This document shows positions 19,954 to 28,629 of a stretch of DNA of 64,000 nucleotides, one piece after another. The notes beneath the pieces were generated by a model, which ran no database searches, was not told the DNA's origin, and was given only the letters and a program-made list of their open reading frames with translations. This DNA comes from Candidatus Roizmanbacteria bacterium (GTDB lineage: Bacteria; Patescibacteriota; Microgenomatia; UBA1406). The DNA lies in assembly GCA_024654535.1 (NCBI GenBank), contig JANLHL010000042.1, forward strand, positions 13,312 through 77,311, given 5' to 3'. Both the position numbers and the translations under genes were made by a program. Position 1 is the stretch's first letter. Every line of letters begins with the position of its first letter.

Positions 19954-20651
19954 GGAAGTCTTACTTGTTGTGTTATTGCTTTTTGCCCGTTTTTATCTTT
20001 TAGAACAACTGTGAGGACTGAATGATCTGATGGGGTATCGATAATGAGAAGATGACTAAAACGGGGCGTCTCATTAATGGTATATGTTTTTTGTTGTTTT
20101 CCAGTTACGACAACAGCTTCTGAACTATAGGCTTTCTTTGTTGTAAAAACAATTGCTATCTTGTGATCTGATGTGTTTTCAATACGTATATTTTGTATCT
20201 GACTTGATGCTTCTGACCGAAGGGTATTTCGTGTCTGAAAAGAATGAATAATGAGATAATTAACGAATAAGAATACTGCTACCAACGATAAAATGACACT
20301 CGATTTTAATTGAGAGAAAGAAAATAGTGTATGGGTTTTGTGATAAGTTTCAACCGAAGTTTTTTTTATTTCTACGAGACGTTTACTATCGGTGAGTTGA
20401 CCCCCGCAACGCGCACATTGAAATCCTAGTTCATTTTTCTCTAGCACAGCTTGACATCGTGGACAAATATTTTTTTTATTGACAAGTCGGGCAGTAGTGG
20501 ACGTGCGAGCTATGTTTTCGGCCTCTTGTAGCGAAACGTATTGTGCTTCTTGATTATCAAACCATAAACTATTACACGTGTGGCACTGCCAATAAACTAT
20601 ACTGCCGATTGAAGTGGGTTCGTAGTGTGAATTACATTGTGGACATTTCAT
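19950..20651 (-). CDS. Double zinc-ribbon (zf-TFIIB-like) membrane protein
   Basis: CPQC, CHTC..LWFD, CPRC and CARCGG, then TM and a beta-rich extracellular domain. Likely start MKCPQC at 20651. Confidence 0.7.
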   Translation of the reverse strand: MKCPQCNSHYEPTSIGSIVYWQCHTCNSLWFDNQEAQYVSLQEAENIARTSTTARLVNKKNICPRCQAVLEKNELGFQCARCGGQLTDSKRLVEIKKTSVETYHKTHTLFSFSQLKSSVILSLVAVFLFVNYLIIHSFQTRNTLRSEASSQIQNIRIENTSDHKIAIVFTTKKAYSSEAVVVTGKQQKTYTINETPRFSHLLIIDTPSDHSVLTVVLKDKNGQKAITQQVRLP

Positions 20652-20704
20652 TATGTTCATTCTGTCAAATGAGGACGTTTTTTGCAACAACTTTATAGTA
20701 ACGC

Positions 20705-20733
20705 TTGTATTTTTTGCTGCATCGCAGTATAGT
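20705..20733 (+). promoter_or_regulatory. sigma70-type promoter for the structured leader; overlapped by IR tgctgca/tgcagca
   Basis: TTGTAT(20705-10)-17-TATAGT(20728-33). Confidence 0.55.
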
Positions 20734-20740
20734 TGCAGCA

Positions 20741-20995
20741 AGTTGGAGAAGATGGCATGAGCCACTCTACGTTCAGTGAAAGTGCATGAACGTAGGGGAA
20801 GGCTCGTACGTTCGTGTAAATGAACGTACTTTCTTGGAACACGGTGAAACTCCGTGACTGTGCCGCAGCGGTAATTCACCCCGACAACTGTTGGGATGAT
20901 AAGTCCGAAAACAAGCCATCCACCACGTTCATGAGAACTGAACCTGGTGTACTACGTTCGAGTTATTTAGACGAACGTAGCCCGAGCAGGAACAT
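20741..20995 (+). ncRNA. Cobalamin-riboswitch-like structured 5' leader with four repeated ACGTTC/GAACGT hairpins
   Basis: GATGGC/GCCATC closing stem; GGAA-CACGG-TGAAACT-CCGTG (T-loop-like P4); ACTGTGCCGCAGCGGTAA (P5); AAGTCCGAAAAC resembling the B12-box junction. Confidence 0.6.
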
Positions 20996-22459
20996 ATGAC
21001 AGTAGATCAATCAATTGCAGTAAATACTAACCCAACCGGAGCTATAATAGGTTCGCGGGAGCGAAATATTCATGAGTATGTACCATTATTGGCTGAGGTG
21101 GATCTTCTTATGGATGCTGACAATACGTGGGAAGAAGAGATTGTTACAGAGGGTATATATGCAAATGAACTTTGCGGTTTAGTAGAAGGAATAGATAAGG
21201 AAGGAATGTTGTTATACACAAGCCTATTAGATGAACAACTATGTGATTTTGTAGTTGGAGGACAAGTTATGGGAAGGATATTGGGTGATGGAATTGAATA
21301 CTGTATGAATGAAGAAAGAACCGCTACCGGGAGTAGGAAAAAAGTATTAGGTATTGAAGTAGAAAGACGTAAGTATGAGCAAGAGGAGCATGAAAGATTT
21401 GTAGATCTTGTAAGGGAGGGCCGTGCTGAAGATCATGTGCAGATTATTGTATCTCCATTCCCAGAAGAGGCCGCGCGAATTGATCCTCAGGCTGTCAAAG
21501 CACTTGGTTATGATTTAGAAAAGAAAACATGGAAGGTTAGAGGGCGTTGGTATGATGGAAAATCAAAAAAAATGACGACCGTTGAATTTTTAGCGAAGAA
21601 TAGTTCACTTGAAAAAATAAATCAGTTTTTGAAAGACGCCTTCCATATTAATCTACCAGCTCGGCATACAAATGACATACTATACTGTCCTTTTTTGAAA
21701 GAAAAAGAGGAGTATCAAAATTGGCAGTCATTTTTTAACCATATAGCTCCATTTTTACATACTGTAAATGAACCAGATGTTATTGTTGAAAGAGCGAAGA
21801 GAATGATTCAAACAGCATCTCCATTGGCAGAACAACTGACAATGTTGGATAAAGAACTTGCTGAGTCGCTCAAGAGTGGTCAGCCGAGTCCGATTGTACA
21901 AGCGCTTATACAAGATTATCGCGCATTAGGTCAATTAGGTGGACATTCGTCTGAGCATTTTACCCGTCAGTTAGCGGCAAGAATTAAAGAATTGAGTATT
22001 ATTACCGCTCTTGTTGAACTTGCGATAAAAACAGGAAATACGGACAATCTGCGTGGTTTTGAGAGACTTGTAGCACAACAAGACATTAACCAAGATGAAT
22101 TGCGCGCGTTTATAGCTCGCAATCCTGTTGAATATGTCGTATGTGGCTCTACTCTGAAAAGTGGCAGTGCATATTCGTGGGGTATTGACACTGTAAAGGT
22201 AGTACTGTTTGGTTCTGAAAAACGAGTTGCCACATGCCCATTATGTCAGCATGAAAATGCGTTGGATAGCAGTCACATTGCTCATGGGATAGCATGTTGG
22301 AGCTGTGGTGCAAAAGTGCCCAGTGGGGAAGCGAGTGAATGTATTGTGCTCACTGCTCGTGCTGCAGGTATACAAAATAAAAACACTCCACCGGCCAGGT
22401 ACTCTGACGAAACAAACGATGCAATATCTATAGAATTGCCAGTAATGGCTGATGCATAG
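20996..22459 (+). CDS. Hypothetical protein with C-terminal CxxC...CxxC zinc ribbon
   Basis: 487 aa; CPLC...CWSC near the C-terminus; AGGA SD before ATG. Confidence 0.6.
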   Translation: MTVDQSIAVNTNPTGAIIGSRERNIHEYVPLLAEVDLLMDADNTWEEEIVTEGIYANELCGLVEGIDKEGMLLYTSLLDEQLCDFVVGGQVMGRILGDGIEYCMNEERTATGSRKKVLGIEVERRKYEQEEHERFVDLVREGRAEDHVQIIVSPFPEEAARIDPQAVKALGYDLEKKTWKVRGRWYDGKSKKMTTVEFLAKNSSLEKINQFLKDAFHINLPARHTNDILYCPFLKEKEEYQNWQSFFNHIAPFLHTVNEPDVIVERAKRMIQTASPLAEQLTMLDKELAESLKSGQPSPIVQALIQDYRALGQLGGHSSEHFTRQLAARIKELSIITALVELAIKTGNTDNLRGFERLVAQQDINQDELRAFIARNPVEYVVCGSTLKSGSAYSWGIDTVKVVLFGSEKRVATCPLCQHENALDSSHIAHGIACWSCGAKVPSGEASECIVLTARAAGIQNKNTPPARYSDETNDAISIELPVMADA

Positions 22460-22461
22460 AG

Positions 22462-23334
22462 TTATAGTTCGGTCGTGTACTTTTTTATTTCAAACGCTGC
22501 CATTGTTGGGTCGACAGTGTTTGTTGACAAACCAGTTCCAAGTTCGAATCCTCCCCGTATGAGAACTCGTGGAATGATGCGTAAATAAAATGGCGGAGTA
22601 GGACTAATGTAATAATTGTATGAAAACCCGTCCAGTAATTTTTCAAGTGCCACAAGGGTAGTTTTTAACATTCGAGAAACATGCGTTAGCTCTTCTTCTG
22701 AAAAACGTGCAAAGTCGACAGATTCAAGTGCTGGAGCAGTTACTTCTTGATTCATGCAACTTTTGTGCGCTATCCATACCTCGTAGGGGTATTGAGAAAA
22801 ATCTGGGCAAAACGACACAAACATACTATTTTCAACGACTATATTTTTTATAGGCTCAAGCGATAGTGCTTCGAGATTAATTTGTCGAGGAAGTAATATT
22901 ATTTGTGAGTGTGGATGGGGCAAGCTTGTACCCGCATCTGCACCTTTATTACGGAATAAAATAGGTACTCCTTCTTGGCTCAATTTTATAATACGATGCT
23001 GATAGACAATAAAAAGTAGTTTTAATTCCTCCTCAGTCATTTGTTCTATTTCTTTTGTGTGGTCTGGACTATGAACTATAACTTCATGAACATCAGTGAT
23101 AGGGAATTTATTTGCAAATACTCGGATCTGCCAACTGTGTGGTCCACGCATTCTTTCTATTTCGCACGGCGTTTTTTCTTCATTTCCTGGACAAAATGGG
23201 CAGTTCTTAGCTATCTTCATGCCATCTTTTTGCGTAAGTTTGTATTCAGCTTCAGTTGCGTGTGGTTTATTTAGTCTACTCGGTGCCAATATGACCCACC
23301 GGTTACTTTTACTGTCTGGAATATATTTTGCCAT
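22462..23334 (-). CDS. galT: Galactose-1-phosphate uridylyltransferase (HIT family)
   Basis: WVILAP.R..KP, CPFCPGNE, NKFP, HEVI..SP.H, AG.SL.HPHSQ, GGFELGTG. Confidence 0.88.
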   Translation of the reverse strand: MAKYIPDSKSNRWVILAPSRLNKPHATEAEYKLTQKDGMKIAKNCPFCPGNEEKTPCEIERMRGPHSWQIRVFANKFPITDVHEVIVHSPDHTKEIEQMTEEELKLLFIVYQHRIIKLSQEGVPILFRNKGADAGTSLPHPHSQIILLPRQINLEALSLEPIKNIVVENSMFVSFCPDFSQYPYEVWIAHKSCMNQEVTAPALESVDFARFSEEELTHVSRMLKTTLVALEKLLDGFSYNYYISPTPPFYLRIIPRVLIRGGFELGTGLSTNTVDPTMAAFEIKKYTTEL

Positions 23335-23368
23335 GTGTAATAGTATACACATTTATAAATAATGTGTG

Positions 23369-23439
23369 CAGGGCTGTCAGGATTCGAACCTGAAAGAGCG
23401 GTTTTGGAGACCGCCATGATACCATTTCATCACAGCCCT
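23369..23439 (-). tRNA. tRNA-Trp(CCA)
   Basis: Acceptor AGGGCTG/CAGCCCT with G73; anticodon arm GCGGT-CTCCAAA-ACCGC; T-arm TCAGG-TTCGAAT-CCTGA. Confidence 0.92.
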
Positions 23440-23518
23440 ATTATATAATCACTATTATACCGATTTTATTACCATTCTTGCAGAGAATCTTCTCTATTCC
23501 ATTTGTTACAATAGAAAC

Positions 23519-24688
23519 ATGGCGCGTGTACGAATAACAGAATATAGTGCAAAAAAGACACTTGCTAAAAATGGCATTATGCCCTGTTGGAAGGGTATGA
23601 AAGCAACAGTTAATACGAACGTTCATGATATTGTTTCCTTTTTTGGAGACCTACCATTAGTGGTTAAAGTTGATGAAGGTATTAAAAAGAGAGGAAAGCA
23701 GGGACTGGTTTTTATCAACGGGACAGCAGATGACATAGTTTCATTTATAGAGAAAATCCAAAAAAGGGGATATTCTCAATTTTTGATAGAACCTTTTATC
23801 AAGCATGAGGTAAAAGATGAGCGCTATCTTTCTTTAGAACGTGTACGAGGAGGTATGAAGATACTCTATGGAGAAGAAGGGGGTATTGATGTGGAAAATG
23901 TGTGGGATAGGGTAAAAACGTACGTGGTTTCAGAAGAAAAGCCTCTTTCCAAGTTTTCGGTACCAAGTGGGCTTATCGGTCTGATTGAAAAACTTATCGC
24001 ATACATGAATATGTACCATATATCATTTTTCGAGATAAACCCACTTGTGATTAGTAGCTCGATACAGATTCTAGATTGTGCGATGGAAGTTGATGATGCT
24101 GCTTCTGGCTCTCAAGGAATGGAAGACGTTATGAGCGGAGTCGTTCATGAGAAAACGAGGCATAAAGTAGAAGAAACAATTTCAGCATTAGATGAGAATA
24201 CCCCAGCATCACTTAAGTTTACATTGCTTAATAAGGATGGAAGTATATGGGTGTTGTTGTCGGGTGGAGGTGCGAGTTTAGTATTAGCAGACGAAGTTGC
24301 CGATATGAAAAAAGGCAATTTACTTGCAAATTATGGTGAGTATAGTGGTAGTCCAACGAGCGAAGATACCTATTTATACACGAAAGCCGTTCTTTCTGCT
24401 TTGTGTGAATCAAAGGCGCCAAAAAAGGTCCTTCTTATTGCTGGAGGTGTGGCAAATTTTACAGACGTTTCAAAAACGTTTAAGGGAATTATCCAAGCAT
24501 TGAAAGAAGTTTCAGATGAACTCAAAAAACAGAACGTACGTGTGTTTGTTCGACGTGGAGGACCAAATCAAACAAAAGGCCTTGCAGAAATGAAAGAATT
24601 TCTTATTCAAAAAGGATTACTTGGTTCTGTTGACGGTCCAGAAATGCCATTGACCGACGTGGTACATAAAGCAATAGATTTGCACTAG
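23519..24688 (+). CDS. aclB: ATP-citrate lyase beta-like subunit (ATP-grasp + citrate-binding; citryl-CoA synthetase large module)
   Basis: IKKRGK.GLV, EINPL, SLKFT.LN..G..W....GGGAS, ANYGEYSG.P, GG.ANFTDV, VRRGGPN...GL. Confidence 0.85.
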   Translation: MARVRITEYSAKKTLAKNGIMPCWKGMKATVNTNVHDIVSFFGDLPLVVKVDEGIKKRGKQGLVFINGTADDIVSFIEKIQKRGYSQFLIEPFIKHEVKDERYLSLERVRGGMKILYGEEGGIDVENVWDRVKTYVVSEEKPLSKFSVPSGLIGLIEKLIAYMNMYHISFFEINPLVISSSIQILDCAMEVDDAASGSQGMEDVMSGVVHEKTRHKVEETISALDENTPASLKFTLLNKDGSIWVLLSGGGASLVLADEVADMKKGNLLANYGEYSGSPTSEDTYLYTKAVLSALCESKAPKKVLLIAGGVANFTDVSKTFKGIIQALKEVSDELKKQNVRVFVRRGGPNQTKGLAEMKEFLIQKGLLGSVDGPEMPLTDVVHKAIDLH

Positions 24689-24987
24689 ATTTTTTTAAAC
24701 ACCCTGAGCACAATGAGCATGACTCCCATATATACTGCAAGAGTGTAGGGAGAAAAGATGAGAGAGAATACAACGGAACTTACAAGAAAAATCATAAAAG
24801 TGAGTGATTGTAGGTAAATATTGGTAATTCGTGCAAGTGAAAGCATTATGTAAACGGCAACAAATGAGCTGAAACGAAAGGGTTTAAGTGGAATATGAAG
24901 AACATAAGAGAGTATAAGAAATACCCCTAGTAACAATATAAATACATCTTTTTCGTCGAACGTTTTATTTTTAAAGGTAAAGTACAT
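24685..24987 (-). CDS. Small membrane protein
   Basis: 100 aa, mostly hydrophobic. Confidence 0.5.
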   Translation of the reverse strand: MYFTFKNKTFDEKDVFILLLGVFLILSYVLHIPLKPFRFSSFVAVYIMLSLARITNIYLQSLTFMIFLVSSVVFSLIFSPYTLAVYMGVMLIVLRVFKKI

Positions 24988-25205
24988 TAGTGTAAAATCA
25001 ATCGTATCCGCGTTTCAAGTGCGGCAACTATTTTTAATATCGGCTGCATTCCCCAGAGTGTGTTGTGTACGTAGTACTGATCAAAAAAATAGAAGACTAC
25101 GCCACCAGCAAGGCATAAAAAAACAACAGGGCTCATGCGGCGAATAGAAATAAACATCATACTGTGATTATAGTGAAATATATATTTTTTTGCTACTATT
25201 GAAAT

Positions 25206-26339
25206 ATGAATTCGCGCTTATTTATCTTTCTATATTTTCCATTATTAGTATTATCGTTTTTATTCGTAAATCCATACGTAACTCGAGCAGAGACGTCACT
25301 TGAAAGTTACTGTCGAGATGGGTATTACTATTTTCCAGGTGAAACAACTAGTTGTAGTAGAGCACCAAATTGTGGTGGGTATGGGTATGATGAACTAAAT
25401 ACGGCAGATAAAATGCCCAACCCTCAAGCATGTATGGGTGATGGTGCAAATGGCAGAGCGCAATCGGGATGTGCGGGCTATGTACCAGCATGTTGTTATG
25501 AAGTAGCACGAACAGGGGACTATACTAAGTGTATTGGGTATTGGGAACGGTTGTGGTGTGCACCTAGCCAGTGTGAAACTGCAAAACAAAAAGGCGCTTC
25601 AGATAGTCAATGTGGTGGAAGTTGCCAATGTGGACATGCTTATGGAGAGTATTGTGGAAATGTTCCTGTAGTGTCAGTAGAGCAGCGGATCGGAGGTGCA
25701 ACCCCAAGCCCTACTCCTACCGTAACAGTTGCTCCAACTTCACAACCAGGGATCACCCCAACTACAACACCCGTAGTAACGCCTACATTAACGCCAATAC
25801 CTACCGCTATTCCAACAGCAACCCCTACTCCAGCTATTACTTCATATATTACGCCCGTGCCGCAACAAAGGACATATATACCAAAGGGCATAATATTTAT
25901 AATCAATAATCAAGGTTTGTTGCTCGACGATATTCAACTAACCCTTACGTCTCAAGAAACTAATACAATAGTACAAGCAGTCAATTACACCAATAATCCA
26001 TACGGCACCCCGATACATTTTATATTATTACCAGTGCCACAGGGGGAATACAAACTCGTCGTCACTGCAAAATCTCACGATGGTGTCATGTATCGTCAGT
26101 CAGGGACGTGTAATAACTCTTCAAAAAGAGATACGTGTATTATAACGAGTGGCGATCCTGCAATAGTAGAAATCAAAGTAAATAAGTTGGTAAATATTAG
26201 ACAGATTAATGAGGATATAAAGAATACTTTAGATAAGCAAAGACAATCAATTTTAACAGTAAAAAAATTTGACGCTGTAATAGAACAAAAGATAAATAAG
26301 TGGTTTCTGAACTTGATTGAGCGTATACTTGGGAAATGA
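25206..26339 (+). CDS. Secreted Cys-rich protein with Pro/Thr linker
   Basis: Signal peptide; dense Cys/Gly/Tyr N-terminal domain; PT-repeat linker; beta-rich C-terminal domain. Confidence 0.65.
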   Translation: MNSRLFIFLYFPLLVLSFLFVNPYVTRAETSLESYCRDGYYYFPGETTSCSRAPNCGGYGYDELNTADKMPNPQACMGDGANGRAQSGCAGYVPACCYEVARTGDYTKCIGYWERLWCAPSQCETAKQKGASDSQCGGSCQCGHAYGEYCGNVPVVSVEQRIGGATPSPTPTVTVAPTSQPGITPTTTPVVTPTLTPIPTAIPTATPTPAITSYITPVPQQRTYIPKGIIFIINNQGLLLDDIQLTLTSQETNTIVQAVNYTNNPYGTPIHFILLPVPQGEYKLVVTAKSHDGVMYRQSGTCNNSSKRDTCIITSGDPAIVEIKVNKLVNIRQINEDIKNTLDKQRQSILTVKKFDAVIEQKINKWFLNLIERILGK

Positions 26340-27265
26340 TATCTTTAACTTCTCTACGAAATCAAATAAACACGGTTGTAGTAATAGGTATGCATCAACC
26401 TATCATTCAGTCCATTCTCGACTTTGATTATTATGCAGGAAAAAAAGAACCAAGTATTACCTTTATAGTCACAGGAAATAATGGGTACGAGAAATTTTTT
26501 TGGGGTAATACTGAACGTCTTATTGAAACGACCAAGTATATTTCGAAAGCTACTCATGGATGGTTCTTGAATGTATTATCGGGAAGAAGGGCTCTTTCTA
26601 TTGGATCAAAGCTTATGCAGATACCGAGTGTTTATGGTGGGGTTTTTTTTGCAGAGAACGTCCCAGAACAGCATGCCTTAACATTATTTCGAGATGCCCA
26701 AAAATATGAAAAGTTATGTATCGGTCCCTCGAGTGTTGGGCTTCTTGTTCCTGGGTATCTGAAACTTGGACCAATAGGCGGAATAACTCCAGAGCAAGTT
26801 GAGCCAATTGCAAAGAATAGTAACGGGGAAATTGCCATACTCTGTGGTTCAGGTGGTATGACGAATGAACTCATTCATCTTGTTTCAAAACAGAAATTTG
26901 GTATTTCGTTTGCACTCTCTTTCGGTGGTGATAGATTTCCACTTACGACACCGCAGCAAGCGTTTTTATTAGCGCAAAATGATCCTCAAACTCGCGCAAT
27001 CGTTTACTACGGAGAGCTCGGAGGAGAAGATGAATATGAAATAGCTGCATTAAAGAAACGGGGAGAGTTAACGAAACCGGTCATTATGCACATCTCTGGT
27101 ACTGTCGCACACCTATTTCCACAAAATCCGCAATTTGGCCACGCAAAAGCGAAGGCTTCTGTACAACGAGAAACAGCCGTATCAAAGCGTAGTGCGTTAA
27201 AAGAAGTGGGTTTTATGGTTACTGAAAGATTTAGCGATGTGAGTGAATACTTGAGCAAGCTATAA
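26336..27265 (+). CDS. ATP-citrate lyase alpha-like CoA-binding/ligase module (citryl-CoA synthetase small module)
   Basis: LDFDY, AENVPE, IGPSSVG, SGGMTNEL, GGDRFP, GELGG.DE, QFGHA (phospho-His). Confidence 0.85.
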   Translation: MISLTSLRNQINTVVVIGMHQPIIQSILDFDYYAGKKEPSITFIVTGNNGYEKFFWGNTERLIETTKYISKATHGWFLNVLSGRRALSIGSKLMQIPSVYGGVFFAENVPEQHALTLFRDAQKYEKLCIGPSSVGLLVPGYLKLGPIGGITPEQVEPIAKNSNGEIAILCGSGGMTNELIHLVSKQKFGISFALSFGGDRFPLTTPQQAFLLAQNDPQTRAIVYYGELGGEDEYEIAALKKRGELTKPVIMHISGTVAHLFPQNPQFGHAKAKASVQRETAVSKRSALKEVGFMVTERFSDVSEYLSKL

Positions 27266-27295
27266 GTAACCTGTTAACTTTGGTATACTTACGTC

Positions 27296-28096
27296 ATGGC
27301 AGATACAATTTCAAATTTACGGACACACTCTCTATTCACCAGCACTATTTCTTCCCAAAAAAACGGAGAAACGATGCTTTTGGGTAAACCATTAGAAAAG
27401 TTTATTGCACAGCATAGTTTTACCTGGGTTGTTGGGTCATTATGGCTGGGTAAAGAAATAACTTCTAAAAAAACAGAGGAAGTTATGGATATTATCGTAC
27501 GCTTGGGTGTGGATCATGGACCGTATGTGTCTGGCGCTATAAACACCATTATTGCAGCCCGGGCTGGTAAAGACCTAGTTTCTGCACTCTGTTCAGGACT
27601 TTTAACCATAGGTCCACGTTTTGGCGGGGCAACCAATGCTGCTGCCGAGGTATGGTTTAATAGTGTACAAGAGAGTAAAAACCCTGTAGCGGTTGTTGAA
27701 GAGCATGCAAAGGCAAAGAAATATATCCCTGGAATAGGCCATAAACAATACCGTATAGACATACCAGATCCTCGCGTGAGAGATCTTACGAAGCTGTACG
27801 AATCGGGTGTATACCTTGACTATGCACGAAAGATAGAAGCTATTACGACAAAAAAAAAGCCGAATTTGATCCTCAATATAGATGGGGCAATTGCTGCAAT
27901 AATGCTAGATATTCTTGAAAAAGAAGAAAAATTGACGAACGAACAAATAGCAGCATTACTCAATGCACAGTTTATGGATGGATTATTTATTTTGTCACGT
28001 ACAGTTGGATTTATAGCGCACTACTTTGATCAGCGACGTTTGAATGAGGGTTTATTTCGTATGCCAGTTGAACACATCTTCACTCCAGAGATATGA
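27296..28096 (+). CDS. Citryl-CoA lyase (citrate-synthase-fold C-terminal module of ACL)
   Basis: F.STIS, DHGP.VSGA.N.I..ARAGKDLVS.L.SGLLTIGPRFGGA, IPGIGH, D.RV, NLILNIDG.IA, DQ.RL...L.R.P. Confidence 0.88.
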   Translation: MADTISNLRTHSLFTSTISSQKNGETMLLGKPLEKFIAQHSFTWVVGSLWLGKEITSKKTEEVMDIIVRLGVDHGPYVSGAINTIIAARAGKDLVSALCSGLLTIGPRFGGATNAAAEVWFNSVQESKNPVAVVEEHAKAKKYIPGIGHKQYRIDIPDPRVRDLTKLYESGVYLDYARKIEAITTKKKPNLILNIDGAIAAIMLDILEKEEKLTNEQIAALLNAQFMDGLFILSRTVGFIAHYFDQRRLNEGLFRMPVEHIFTPEI

Positions 28097-28629
28097 AAGT
28101 AATTATTGGCCTGGGAAATCCTGGAAAGCAGTATGCAAAAACCCGACATAATGCGGGTTATCTTTTTATCGATGCGCTTATTAGTACCTCTGAAACGCCG
28201 GCACAAACAGAAAAAAAATCGTTTGCAATAATTGCCCATATTACAGTATTTGGTAAGAAAATCCTTGTTGCCAAACCAACAACATTTATGAATGAATCTG
28301 GGAAAAGTGTAAAGATGTTACTCAGTAAATATGGTATCAAAGATTTGGCTGATGTTTGTATTGTGCATGATGATCTCGATCTTGTATTGAGCAGCTATAA
28401 AATACAGAAGGGGAAAGGCCCCAAAATACACAATGGCGTATCAAGCGTCGAGAATGCAATAGGGAAAGGCTTCTGGCGGATACGGGTTGGGATAGACGGA
28501 AGGAGTAAAGATAGTCATATTTCGGGTGAAAGCTATGTTTTGCAAGAGTGGGATACTATCGAGAAAAAAACTTTTATCGATTGCATTGAAAGTATAAGTA
28601 AATCAGATCAGCTAAAAAGCTTTGTTTAG
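28093..28629 (+). CDS. pth: Peptidyl-tRNA hydrolase
   Basis: GLGNPG..Y..TRHNAG, KP.TFMNESG, HDDLD, HNG, RIRVGI. Confidence 0.95.
   Translation: MKVIIGLGNPGKQYAKTRHNAGYLFIDALISTSETPAQTEKKSFAIIAHITVFGKKILVAKPTTFMNESGKSVKMLLSKYGIKDLADVCIVHDDLDLVLSSYKIQKGKGPKIHNGVSSVENAIGKGFWRIRVGIDGRSKDSHISGESYVLQEWDTIEKKTFIDCIESISKSDQLKSFV

Noticed and set aside
20652..20879. N-terminal extension of ORF 19950..20879
   Set aside because: Antisense read-through of the structured RNA; the protein plausibly starts at MKCPQC (20651).
20768..20980. Repeated hairpins as a mini CRISPR array
   Set aside because: Only the stems repeat; loops differ and spacing is irregular, unlike direct repeats with spacers.
23519..24688. 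Succinyl-CoA synthetase beta / citrate synthase annotation for the ACL modules
   Set aside because: ANYGEYSG and GGVANFTDV here, and DHGP.VSGA.N in 27296..28096, are ACL-type motifs.
24987..25160. Possible ~57-aa membrane peptide ORF on - strand
   Set aside because: Open and suitably placed, but too short and motif-free to support.
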